Shown: positions 45,001 to 56,111 of the stretch, one piece after another | Layout of the letters: each line of letters starts with the position of its first letter | Position numbering within the stretch: position 1 is the stretch's first letter | Assembly (NCBI GenBank): GCA_030390025.1 | Contig: CM059438.1 | Coordinates: 67,892,001 to 67,956,000, forward strand | DNA from: Squalus acanthias | Lineage: Eukaryota | Direction of reading: 5' to 3' | DNA length: 64,000 nt | The notes under the pieces: generated by a model | What the model saw: only the letters and a program-made list of their open reading frames with translations | Told to the model about the DNA's origin: nothing | Databases searched by the model: none | Made by a program: the position numbers and the translations under genes

Positions 45001-47029
45001 CAGAGAGTGGAGAGTGTCAGCTTAAACTGTCACAGGACAGAGAGTGGAGAGAGTCAGTTCAAACAGTCACAGGACAGAGTGTAGAGTGTCAGCTTAAACT
45101 GTCACAGGACAGAGAGTGGAGACAGTGTCAGTTCAAACAGTCACAGGACAGAGAGTGGAGAGAGTGTCAGTTCAAACAGTCACAGGACAGAGAGTGGAGA
45201 GTGTCAGTTGAAACAGTCACAGGACAGAGAGTGGAGAGAGTCAGTTCAAACAGTCACAGGACAGAGAGTGGAGAGTGTCAGTTCAAACAGTCACAGGACA
45301 GAGAGTGGAGAGAGTCAGTTCAAACTGTCACAGGACAGAGAGTGGAGAGTGTCAGTTCAAACAGTCACAGGACAGAGAGTGGAGAGAGTCAGTTCAAACA
45401 GTCACAGGACAGAGAGTGGAGAGAGTGTCAGTTCAAACAGTCACAGGACAGAGAGTGGAGAGTGTCAGCTTTAACTGTCACAGGACAGAGAGTGGAGAGA
45501 GAGTCAGTTCAAACTGTCACAGGACAGAGAGTGGAGAGAGTGTCAGCTTAAACTGTCACAGGACAGAGAGTGGAGAGTGTCAGTTCAAACAGTCACAGGA
45601 CAGAGAGTGGAGAGAGTGTCAGTTCAAACAGTCACAGGACGGAGAGTGGAGAGTGTCAGTTCAAACAGTCACAGGACAGAGAGTGGAGAGAGAGTCAGTT
45701 CAAACTGTCACAGGACAGAGAGTGGAGAGAGAGTCAGCTTAAACTGTCACAGGACAGAGAGTGGAGAGAGTCAGTTCAAACAGTCACAGGACAGAGTGTA
45801 GAGTGTCAGCTTAAACTGTCACAGGACAGAGAGTGGAGACAGTGTCAGTTCAAACAGTCACAGGACAGAGAGTGGAGAGAGTGTCAGTTCAAACAGTCAC
45901 AGGACAGAGAGTGGAGAGTGTCAGTTCAAACAGTCACAGGACAGAGTGTAGAGTGTCAGCTTAAACTGTCACAGGACAGAGAGTGGAGACAGTGTCAGTT
46001 CAAACAGTCACAGGACAGAGAGTGGAGAGAGTGTCAGTTCAAACAGTCACAGGACAGAGAGTGGAGAGGGTCAGTTGAAACAGTCACAGGACAGAGAGTG
46101 GAGAGAGTCAGTTCAAACAGTCACAGGACAGAGTGTAGAGTGTCAGTTCAAACAGTCACAGGACAGAGAGTGGAGAGAGTGTCAGTTCAAACAGTCACAG
46201 GACAGAGAGTGGAGAGTGTCAGTTGAAACAGTCACAGGACAGAGAGTGGAGAGAGTCAGTTCAAACAGTCACAGGACAGAGAGTGGAGAGAGTCAGTTCA
46301 AACTGTCACAGGACAGAGAGTGGAGAGAGTCAGTTCAAACAGTCACAGGACAGAGAGTGGAGAGAGTGTCAGTTCAAACAGTCACAGGACAGAGAGTGGA
46401 GAGTGTCAGTTCAAACAGTCACAGGACAGAGAGTGGAGAGAGTCAGTTCAAACTGTCACAGGACAGAGAGTGGAGAGTGTCAGTTCAAACAGTCACAGGA
46501 CAGAGAGTTGAGAGAGTCAGTTCAAACAGTCACAGGACAGAGAGTGGAGAGAGTGTCAGTTCAAACAGTCACAGGACAGAGAGTGGAGAGAGTGTCAGTT
46601 CAAACAGTCACAGGACAGAGAGTGGAGAGTGTCAGTTCAAACAGTCACAGGACAGAGAGTGGAGAGAGTGTCAGTTCAAACAGTCACAGGACAGAGAGTG
46701 GAGAGTGTGTCAGTTCAAACAGTCACAGGACAGAGAGTGGAGAGTGTCAGCTTTAACTGTCACAGGACAGAGAGTGGAGAGAGAGTCAGTTCAAACTGTC
46801 ACAGGACAGAGAGTGGAGAGAGTGTCAGCTTTAACTGTCACAGGACAGAGAGTGGAGAGAGTGTCAGTTCAAACTGTCACAGGACAGAGAGTGGAGAGAG
46901 TGTCAGCTTAAACTGTCACAGGACAGAGAGTGGAGAGAGTCAGTTCAAACTGTCACAGGACAGAGAGTGGAGAGTGTCAGTTCAAACAGTCACAGGACAG
47001 AGTGGAGAGAGCCTTTTCAAGTTGTCACA
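1..47029. repeat. Tandem satellite array of 37/39-bp monomers (occasional 35-bp), about 1,200 copies; open at the left window edge
   Basis: Continuous head-to-tail copies of gtcacaggacagagagtggagag(ag)(tg)tcag-(ttc|ctt)aaac(a|t). Length variation comes from 2-bp AG/TG indels. The last degenerate unit is ggagagagccttttcaagttgtcaca at ~47,004-47,029. Copy number is estimated as length divided by ~38. Confidence 0.99.
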
Positions 47030-47222
47030 CCCCTTAGGTTAGGTAGTGGTACAGTTCCAATTAGTGGTCAGGGACTGGAGGATGTGACTTCAACTCAGGC
47101 AGGTATGGGGAACCCAGGTGCATTGTCCAACAGGTATGAGGTTCTTGCTGCCTGTGTGGATGAGGCCAAAGTCTGCAAGGTGGATGAGCAAACTGACCAT
47201 GGCACCGTGGTGCAGGAGGACA
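47020..47222 (+). pseudogene. Probable fragment of a CR1-type LINE ORF1 (linker region before the esterase-like domain)
   Basis: Translation VVTPLRLGSG...GQGLEDVTSTQAGMG...LSNRYEVLAACVDE...DEQTDHGTVVQE. The LSNRYEVL motif is typical of CR1/L2 ORF1 proteins. It lies directly upstream of CR1 ORF2 on the same strand. Family assignment is from recall, not from a search. Confidence 0.6.
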
Positions 47223-49520
47223 AGCAGGGGGTTAGCTCTGATAATAAAGGATGACATAAGAACAGTAGTGAGAAAGGATCTTGGCTCAGAAAATCAGTAA
47301 GTAGAATCAGTATGGGTGGAGATAAGAAATAACAAGGGGCAGAAATCACTGGTGGGAGCAGTTTATAGGTCCTCACAACAGTAGCTATACCGTTGCACAG
47401 AATATTAATCAACAAATAATAGGAACTTGTAACAAAGGTAATACAATAATCATGGGGGATTTTAATCTTCATATAGACTGGGCAAATCAAATTGACAAAG
47501 GTAGTCTGGAGGATGAGTTCATGGAATGCATTCAAGACAATTTCCTAGAACAATATGTCATGGAGCCAACCAGGGAACAGGCTATTTTAGATCTTGTATT
47601 GTGTAATGAGACATGGTTAATCAGTAATCTCATAGTAAAGGATTCTTTGGGGAAGAGTGAACATTATATGATAGAATTTCATATTGAGTTTGAAAGTGAA
47701 ATACTCAAATCCGAAATGAGAGTCTTAAACTTAAATAAAGCCAATTACATATGTATGAGGGGCGAGTTGGCTAAGATAGATTGGGAAATTAGATTACAAG
47801 CTACAACGGTAGATAAGCAGTGGCAGACATTTAAAGAAATATTCCAAAATGCTAAACAAATATACATTCCATTGAGAAATAAAAATGCCACGGGCAAAGT
47901 GACCCATCTGTGGCTAAATAAAGAACGTAATGATAGTATTAGATTAAAAGAAGAGGCTTATAATGCCGACAACCCCCCTGGACCTGATGGCCTACATCCT
48001 AGTGTTCTAAAAGAGGTGACTGCAGAGATAATAGATGCATTGGTTGTGATCTTCCAAAATTCCCTAGATTCTAGAACGGACGCAGTGGATTGGAAGGTAG
48101 CAAATGTAACCCCGCTATTCAAGAAAGGAGGCAGAGAGAAAACAAGGAACTACAGGCCAGTTAGCCTGACATCAGTCATCGGGAAAATGCTGGAACCCAT
48201 TATCAAGGAAGTGGTAACAGGGCACTTAGAAAATCATAATATGATTTGGCAGTCAACATGGTTTTATGAAAGGGAAATCATGTTTAACACATTTATTAGA
48301 GTTTTTTGAGGATGTAAATAGCAGGGTAGATAAAGGGGAACCAGTGGATTTAGAATATTTGGATTTCCAAAAGGCATTCGATAAGGTACCACATAAAATG
48401 TTGCTACGCAAGATAAGGGCTCATGGGGTTGGGGGTAATATATTAGCATGGATAGAGGATTGGTTAACGGACAGAAAACAGAGAGTAGGGATAAATGGGT
48501 CATTTTCCAGTTGGCAGGCTGTAACTAGTGGGGTGCCGCAAGGATCAGTGCTTGGGCCTCAGCTATTTACAATCTACATTAATGACTTAGATGAAGGGAG
48601 TGAGTGCAATGTATCCAAGTTTGCTGACGATACAAAGCTAGGTGGGAAAGTAAGCTGTGAGGAGGACAAAAAGAGCCTGCAAAGGGAAATAGTTAAGTGA
48701 GTGGGCAATATATAATGTAAAGTTATTCACTTTGGTCGGAAGAATAGAAAAACAGAATATTTTTTTAAATGGTGAGAAACTATTAAATGTTGGTGTTCAG
48801 TAAGATTTAGGTGTCCTCGTACAGGAAACACAGAAAGCTAGCGTGTAGGTACAGCAAGCAATTAGGAAGGCAAACGGCATGTTGGCCTTTATTGCAAGGG
48901 GGTTGGAGTACAAGTGTAAGGAAGTCTTACTACAATTGTACAGGGCTTTGGTGAGCCTACACCTGGAGTACTGTGCACAGTTTTGGTCTCCTTATCTGAG
49001 GAAGGACATACTTGCCTTGGAGGCGGCGCAACAAAGGTTCACTAGATTGATTCCTTGGATGAGTGGGTTGTCCTATGAGGAGAGATTGAGTAGACTGGGC
49101 CTATACTCTCTGGAGTTTAGAAGAATGAGAGGTGATCTCATTGAAACATGTAAGATACTGAGGGGGATTGACAGGGTAGATGCTGAGAGGTTGTTGTCCC
49201 TGGCTCGAGAGTCTAGAACTAGGGGGCATAGTCTCGGATTAGGGGTCGGCCATTTAAGACTGAGATGAGGAGGAATTTATTCACTTAGAGGGTTATGAAT
49301 CTTTGGAATTCTCTACCCCAAAGGGTTGTGGATGCTGAGTTGTTGAATATATTCAAGGCTGAGATCGATAGACTTTTGGACTCTAGGGGAATCAAGGGAT
49401 ATGGGGATCGGACAGGAAAGTGGAGTTGAGGTCGAAGATCAGTCATGATCTTATTGAATGGCGGAGCAGGTTCGAAGGGCCGTATGGCCTATTCCTGCTC
49501 CTAATTCTTATGTTCTTAAT
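47223..49520 (+). mobile_element. Degenerate CR1-clade LINE ORF2 (APE endonuclease + reverse transcriptase) with 3' UTR
   Basis: EN motifs ALIIKDDI, ESVWVEI, MGDFNLHIDW, ILDLVLCNE. RT motifs [63 protein letters not shown]-terminal HLEYCAQFWSP and RRMRGDLIE. CR1-like 3' end gggccgtatggcctattcctgctcctaattcttatgttctta. Several frameshifts and stops. Confidence 0.95.
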
Positions 49521-49698
49521 GTAATACTGTAGAACAGTTGTATAAGGACAATACTGTTATTAGTCAATACATTGAAATTTGTTGTTTAAAACCACTCAGA
49601 AGTTATTGTTGAAAAACTAACGTCCTTACATTGCAACAGTAAGTACGAGAAGAAATCTGCTTACACCACCTTTGATTCATATCCCTTGATAAACTTTC

Positions 49699-50422
49699 GA
49701 ACATAGGAACAGGAGTAGACCATTCAGCCTCTCTAGCCTGTACCGCCATTCAATTAAATCATGCCAGAACTGTATCTTATCTCCCTCTACCTGCCTTGGT
49801 TCTGTACCCCTTAATAACTTTGCAGGACATAAATCTATTAATCTCAGTTTTGATATTTTCAATTGACTCCTGGCCTCAACAGCTTTTTGGGAGAGAGAGT
49901 TCCAGATTTCCACTAACCTTTCTGTGAAGAAGTGCTTTCTGACATCACTACTGAGCAGCCTAGCTCTAATTTTAAGGTTACTCCCCCTTGTCCTGGATAG
50001 GGGAAATAGTTTCTCTCTATCAACCCGATCAACTCCTGTGATCATCTTCAACACCCAAATTAGGTCACACCTTAATCTTCTGTATTCAAGGGAATACAAG
50101 CCTAGTCTGTGCAATCTGTCCTCATAATTTAACCCTTTTAGCCACAGTATCATTCTGTTGAATTTGCGCTGCACCCATTCCAAGGCCAATATATCCTTCC
50201 TGAGGTGCGGTGCCCAGAACTGAACACAGTGCTCCAGACGGGGTCTAACCAGTGCTCTGTACAGCTGTAACATACCGTCCAGCCCTCTTGTGATAAAGAC
50301 CAACATTCCATTAGCTTTTTAAATTTGCTTTCTGTACCGCAACCCCTAAATCGCTCTGCTCATCCACAGTTCCGAGCTTCTCTCCATGCAGAAAATACGC
50401 TGATCTATCTTTCTTAGGTCCA
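49699..50422 (-). mobile_element. 5'-truncated CR1 LINE (RT C-terminus and 3' end)
   Basis: ORF 49677..50306(-) reads LYRALVRPRLEHCVQFWAPHLRKDILALE, RRLRCDLI, FFTERLVEIWNSL. The 3' terminal motif (reverse complement of aacataggaacaggagtagaccattcagcc) is at ~49,700. Confidence 0.92.
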
Positions 50423-51123
50423 TTGCAAACATCTGCTCCTCATCACAATTATCGTCATTCTCTTTCTCCTCCAGCCACAGCTTCACAGCAGTCAAGCTGG
50501 GCTCAACATTTTGCATTAATATCGTTCTGTATATTAACCAGCATCAGATAAAATTCTTGGGCCAAATGTACCAACTTTGAATTCCCTCTATTCTGGTGAA
50601 AGTCCCCTTTCCCGAGGACAAACTTGGTGAGATATGCTGGGTACAGGGGCCGTTACTTTTATCTTTAATCATGCAGCACATTATTGGGTGTTTTCTACAT
50701 TTATTTCAGCAGTTTATCTCGTGTCACTTTACATGTGCCTGGTGAAGTGACTCGTGAATTTAACGATATATTGGTTCATGTCTGGAAAGCTAGAAGATTC
50801 TACTCAAAAGGAGTTACATGCTCAGCTTTGCAGAAAAGCATGGAGTTAATGAGGCTCTTTAGTAAGGTAAGTCTGCTGGATATATCTCAACACGTTTGGA
50901 TCTTGCTTTGAACATTAAAGTGAAACTTGTGATTCAATATTATCAGTGGAGCATATTACTTATTAAAAATGTCATGGAATATGTATACAATTAAACACAT
51001 TTGATTTATAGAAAACTTGGATACCTGTAAATTAAAAGCCTATTTTTGAAATGTTTGTGAAGGATACCATATTGTTTTTTTTGTTGATTTGTGCCAGCAG
51101 CTTTCTCTCTCTTATCCTCTTCT

Positions 51124-51965
51124 AGAATAGGATTGTAGTATTTTACAGCACAGGAGGTGGCTGTTTGACTCATTGCGCCTGTGCCAGCTCTGAGATAGAG
51201 CTATTCACAAACCTTGGTTAGACCACACTTAGAGTACACACCTACAGTTCTGGTCGCCATATTATAAAAAGGATATAGAGGCACTGGAGAGGATGCAGAG
51301 AAGATTTACAAGGATGGTACCAGAAATGCGAGGGTATACATATCAGGAAAGGATGAACAGGTTGCGTCTCTTTTCTCTTGAAAAAAGAAGGCTGAGGGGT
51401 GACCGAATAGAGGTCTTTAAAATTATGAGAGGTTTTGATAGAGTGGATACAGAAAGGATGTTTCCACTTGTGGGGAAGAGCATAACTAGAGGCCATCAAT
51501 ATAAAATAGTCACCAAGAAATCCAATAAGGAATTCAGAAGAAACTTCTTTACCCAAAGAGTGGTGAGAATGTGGAACTCGCTACCACAGGAAGTGGTTGA
51601 AGTGAATAGTATAAATGCATTTAAGGGGCGGTTAGACAAGCATATGAGGGAGAAGGGAATAGAGGGTTATGCTGATAGATTTAGATGAGGAAAGATGGGA
51701 GGAGGCCCGAGTGGAGCATAAACGCCGGCATGGACTGGCTGGGCCGAATGGCCTGTTTCTGTGCCGTATATCCTATATAATCCTGTGTAATTCTATCCGC
51801 CTGCCATTCCCCATATCCTTTTTAATATTTATTTTTCAAATATTGATCCACTTCCCTTTTAAAAACTATTCAGGATTCTGCTTCCATCACTGTTTGCGGT
51901 GGGGCATTTCATGTCCTTACAACCCTCTGCATTTTCAAAAAAAATCTCCTAACCTCTCCCTTTTG
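51124..51965 (-). mobile_element. Old CR1 3'-end fragment split into two parts (51,124-51,209 and ~51,797-51,965) by a younger CR1
   Basis: The left part (tacagcacaggaggtggc...cctgtgccagctct...agagctat) and right part (ccccatatcc...ttttcaaatattgatccacttcccttttaaaa...acaaccctctg) resemble consecutive parts of the uninterrupted fragment at 57,736-57,887. Confidence 0.6.
51210..51796 (+). mobile_element. 5'-truncated CR1 LINE (RT C-terminus and 3' end)
   Basis: ORF 51293..51688 reads MQRRFTRMVPEM...LFSLEKRRLRGDRIEVFKIM...FFTQRVVRMWNSLP...FKGRLDKHM. The 3' end is gggccgaatggcctgtttctgtgccgtata followed by a short degenerate repeat tail. Confidence 0.92.
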
Positions 51966-52065
51966 GTGGTGATACAGTTTATGCCCTCCTGTCCTGAAGG
52001 TATTGATTCCTTGTTGGGGTGCAGATCCATGGAACCCAGTTGCCCTCTGGAACCTATATATACAT

Positions 52066-52178
52066 AGGATTACACAGAGTCTACAGCACAGAAACAGGCC
52101 ATTCGGCCCAACTGGTCGACGCGGTGTTTATGCTCCACCTGAGCCTCCTCCCACCCTTCTTCATCTAACCGTATCAGT
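52066..52178 (-). mobile_element. Short CR1 3'-terminal fragment
   Basis: tacagcacagaaacaggccattcggcccaactgg...gtgtttatgctccac...gcctcctccca...tcatctaa is the approximate reverse complement of the CR1 3' end at 51,670-51,770. Confidence 0.8.
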
Positions 52179-52199
52179 TCAACCTTCAACTAATTGTCC

Positions 52200-52512
52200 A
52201 TTATTCACGATGAACATTGACAGTGATGGTGGCAGGCTATGAGATCATTGTGGGGAATTATAACCACGCGTGATTATGTCCTCATCCAACATGCACGCAA
52301 TCACCCTTCCATAATGGGTTGCTGGATAATGATCGAAACTGGGAATCCAAGCGGATTCCCTCCTCATTAAAGCAGAGATTCTGAGGTGAATTGAAATACT
52401 TGTATCATCGCCCCACCAGAGATTAATGAATCAGCAATCAAACCTGAGAATTTCCTGATCCGTGCAGCTCAAGTTATTCATTTAATAAACCCGACTGAGC
52501 TATCTCGGAGCC
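52200..52512 (-). mobile_element. Degenerate tRNA-derived SINE
   Basis: The minus strand begins ggctccgagaTAGCTCAGTCGG (A-box-like, 52,502-52,491). A B-box-like GGTTTGATTGC follows at 52,444-52,434, then a ~250-bp body. The 3' boundary is approximate. Confidence 0.5.
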
Positions 52513-53716
52513 TTGAAATGTCCTAATGGATTTAATAATAACTTTTCAAATTTTATTCACACGATTAAATCGTGTTGCTGAAGCTACAGTTGCTGTTTAA
52601 CTGCAGAGATTTTGAAGTCTGCTCTAATGGTTATGCATTGGTAAAAGCAATTAAATTCATATTTTTATGTTGCAGCCAGTTTTATATAGCAACTATTTTA
52701 ATGCTTAAACAAATCATCATGTATTTGTGTTGTGCCGTTTAATGTCGTTCTACCAGTCTGTCATCGCAGATCTCCGTATATCTTCAAGGAGTGCAAAAAC
52801 TGGGTTGCTTGCTACTGGGCGACTAGATTTTTTTTTAATATGTGAGGCAAAGGAAAGCTGGAATCAGCCAGAAAAGGACAAGGACGCTTAAAACCTCGAA
52901 AGAAATGTTGGATTGAAGCTTTTATGCATTTAGATGCTCAGCAAAGTTAGAAAGTAACTCTGAGACATGTGGCTAAGGGAGCAGATTGCTCCATTCCAGC
53001 ACCTGTAATACCGTGCACCAAATTCGATGTGTGCTGGTGTCAGCGGAAGACAAAATGGCATAGCATGGTAGCACAATTCTTTTGTAACTCTGGCACTTGT
53101 TTTCAGCTCTCAAATGACAGCAAAAAGAGTCAGCTCAGGCAGACTGAATCCAGTTCTAAATGAGTGTCAGCCCACAACCCAAAAATGTCAGTTTTTGGTG
53201 CCAATTACCATTCATTTGGCCACAAGCTTGCTTCCTGCGGGAAATGGAAACGCCACAGCAGCACAGTAAGGAGTGTGCCTTTGAGGATGGCGTCAGATGG
53301 TTTCACTACAGAGATAGGTAAAAGAAAACGTCATTTGGCATACGTGCTGTGCCTCGTCTAATAGGGGTGTACTAATTGAGTGCCAGAACTGGAAATATCA
53401 GTGGTTGCAAGCACTAATATCACTCAGTTAAATGAGCACACAAATTCATTGAGACGTGAAATGCCGTCTCCCGCTTGCTCCATCTGTTGCTGTCTGTTCA
53501 TTCTTGCCAATGTCCATTCCCTGTTCACCTTGCCCCATTGTGCTGTGGCTCTGATTCCAACTCTTGTGACTCCAGTCCTGCAGTAAGAGAACTTGCATTA
53601 AAAAAAACAGCAGTTGACAGAGATTGCTGGAGTATCCGAGAGAGCCCCAGGAACAGTGAAGAAAGAAGAGAGAGATGGGCAGAAGTAACAGGAAGAGAGT
53701 AATACAGAGAACAATT

Positions 53717-53740
53717 GAGAGAGAGAGAGAGAGAGAGAGA
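53717..53740. repeat. (GA)12 microsatellite
   Basis: Perfect GA dinucleotide run. Confidence 0.95.
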
Positions 53741-55132
53741 AATACTTCCTAAGTTGCAGGGACCAAGAAACAGACAGGAAAAAGGAAAGCAACAGACAGT
53801 GGAAGTAGAGATGAAGCGAGATGTGAATGGGGGCGGGGAACCGCACAGCAAGTCTTCCAGGGGTGCCCCAAACCCCTTTGCTTTGACCAGGCATAGTGGG
53901 CATCTTCAGCTGGTTAAGTCTCCCCCAACCCCAAATGTTTGCTGTCCATAAGGCACATAGTGCTCCACTGACAAACCAATGGAACCAGTCTTACCTCTAG
54001 CTCATAGACCTGCAGCCCACCCTGAGTGTATTTACCCTCATGCCTATCCTGACAGATTAACCAAGTTCTCAAGAACAACTGTAATATCTTGGTAAGAATA
54101 ACAAAAAAAAAAGCCCACTGTTATCATATGCGAAGCTGTGTGTATCACAAGAGAAGGCATTTGGACTTGCTACCATGAAATATGCTGGTCCCAAACGGCA
54201 TTGTGTATCTGCAATTGTTTTGTTACCTTTCTCTTTAAGTACACCAGCGTTTTTTCTTTTCTTTCTCTCTTTCTCTTACTTTCTCTGTGTTAGGCACAAA
54301 ATTCTGCCGGGTATGGTTAAAAGATCAACTTTCCTTTGTTACCGAAATGATTTAATCAAAACCAGGCCTAGTCTATCGATAAAGAATTAACATATTGTTG
54401 GAAAATAGGTATCAGTGGACATCAGTATTCTGCTTTAAAGTTCCTTCTGTACTTCCTTCATGGCTAGGGATACATGACAATGTTCTGAGCAAAATTATTA
54501 AAAATTCTAATCAATTTTAAAGTTTAACATAGATGGAGATTAAATACAACAGGCTTGCCCATATATACTGAATAAGTGGACTGTTCCATTGAGTCAGATT
54601 TTATAAGGAAGATCAAAACCCAAAATTTAAGATAAGACTTAGCTAGCTTGTATCTTTCATCCTTCTTTAAACATCTCCGCAACAGGACTGAGAGTTGTTA
54701 AAGAGCTCCTGCTCACATAACAGTCCAAATATTCTGCTTTTGTGGAACTGGGGCACATCTTTGGCCTGGTGTGACTTCCTGCCACCAGAGAAGTGCACCT
54801 CTGACTCTGACCGCTTTAGAAACCTTGGGGCCATTTCTATACTTTGGGTGGGCTACTAGTGGGGATCAAGTTGGCTGCAGGAGGCCTCAGGAACCTGCAA
54901 GAAAATAGTGTTGCCGGTGGCCTCAATATTGCTGGTGCAAATCAAAAGAAATGTAATTTTTCTTCGAATTTGGCACCGAATGCAATACAATTCATTACTC
55001 GGTGATTGATTGCTTAAGCTTTTTGGGAATCTTGCATGGCCCCTGTGCAGCTCACTGCATCGCTGGATGCCTGGGAGGAACACGGGTCCCTCAGTCTCGT
55101 GCTGATGAGGCACAAACGATGAGACTAGGTCG

Positions 55133-55220
55133 GACGAAAGCAAAATACTGCGGATGCTGGAAATCTGAAATAAAAACAGAAAATGCTGAGGCAGGTCAGG
55201 CAGCCTCTGTGGAGAGAGAC
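55133..55220. repeat. Short interspersed-repeat fragment, possibly a Penelope-like element terminus; a more diverged similar piece lies at ~55,900-55,980
   Basis: aaatactgcggatgctggaaatctgaaataaaaacagaaaatgctg...gcaggtcaggcagcctctgtggagagaga resembles ctgaaataaaatcagaaactgctgg...gcaggtc at 55,902. The family call is from recall of fish repeats and is unverified. Confidence 0.4.
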
Positions 55221-56111
55221 TATGTTGGGCGGTGCTTTTATGTATTTGCTTATTAGTGCAACACGCCATATGTGGGTGGGACAAAATTGTACGCCTCTTG
55301 CCACTTCTGGTGCAAATCCCATAAGTGGCAGGGCGCAGCATGCAGCCAGTGGAGCAGCTTTCGAAGATAGTGCCCAGCCATGCCTGCTGCATTTAGATGG
55401 GCTCCCAGGTGTGTTCCCAGTAGAAAATCTGCTCCAACATGTGGACTTTTGATCAAGAACCCCCACCTACTACCTTGAACAATGGTCTGGTCCATGCAGG
55501 TTTTCCATCATTTTCGTCAGCATTCGGTCTGTTGTTCTTGTCACTGCATTTTTCTATCTGCTATTTACAGATATGCAAATAAACATGATTCAACCTTGCC
55601 AGCCTTTCAGAACATATAAAATAAATGAGCAAAATTTCAAAGGCAGGGTTTCACTTGTCGCACTTGCCCTGTGACAAAATTACCCACGAGCTACACCAAT
55701 GGTTAATATAACATATCCAGCAGGTACTATTGTCACACTTCAGAATCTGAATATCGCTGTACCGTAAATTCAAAACTCCGCAGACACCATTGCTAAAGTA
55801 CGCAAACGTCAACAGAACATTTCATTGGTAGTTGGTTGTAGTTATCGACTTTGATTTTAGAAGTTTAGTGAGCAGAGATTAAAAATGGAAGAAAAACTGA
55901 ACTGAAATAAAATCAGAAACTGCTGGACATGCGCAGGTCTGTCGACAGGAAAGATTGGTTAATATTTGGGGTAGAGACCCTAATTTATCCCTAATTCAGC
56001 ACCAATTGGAAGTAAATTAGCATAGGATAACTGGTGGAGAAAATGGGAAAATATCACACTGGTAGAGTGAATTGGAGGGGAGCTCTTTTAACATCGAAGG
56101 TGAGACACATA

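Noticed and set aside
1..47029. CRISPR-like array (37-bp repeat length)
   Set aside because: There are no unique spacers; monomers abut directly. No cas genes are present and the context is eukaryotic.
1..47029. GTTCAAAC as a Pol III B-box, or AGTTCA/TGTCA as transcription-factor sites
   Set aside because: These are short motifs. The terminal C of the B-box consensus and any A-box are missing, and there is no functional support.
39..47042. Hundreds of plus-strand ORFs (SHRTESGE / QDREWRE / VQTVTGQR repeats) as protein genes
   Set aside because: They occur in all three frames, mostly start at GTG, and switch frame at every 37-bp monomer. They are simply translations of a stop-poor satellite.
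52969..55495. Short ORFs of 64-178 aa between the LINE fragments
   Set aside because: They show no recognisable domains, overlap on both strands, and partly cross microsatellite or repeat fragments. I found no convincing exon structure.
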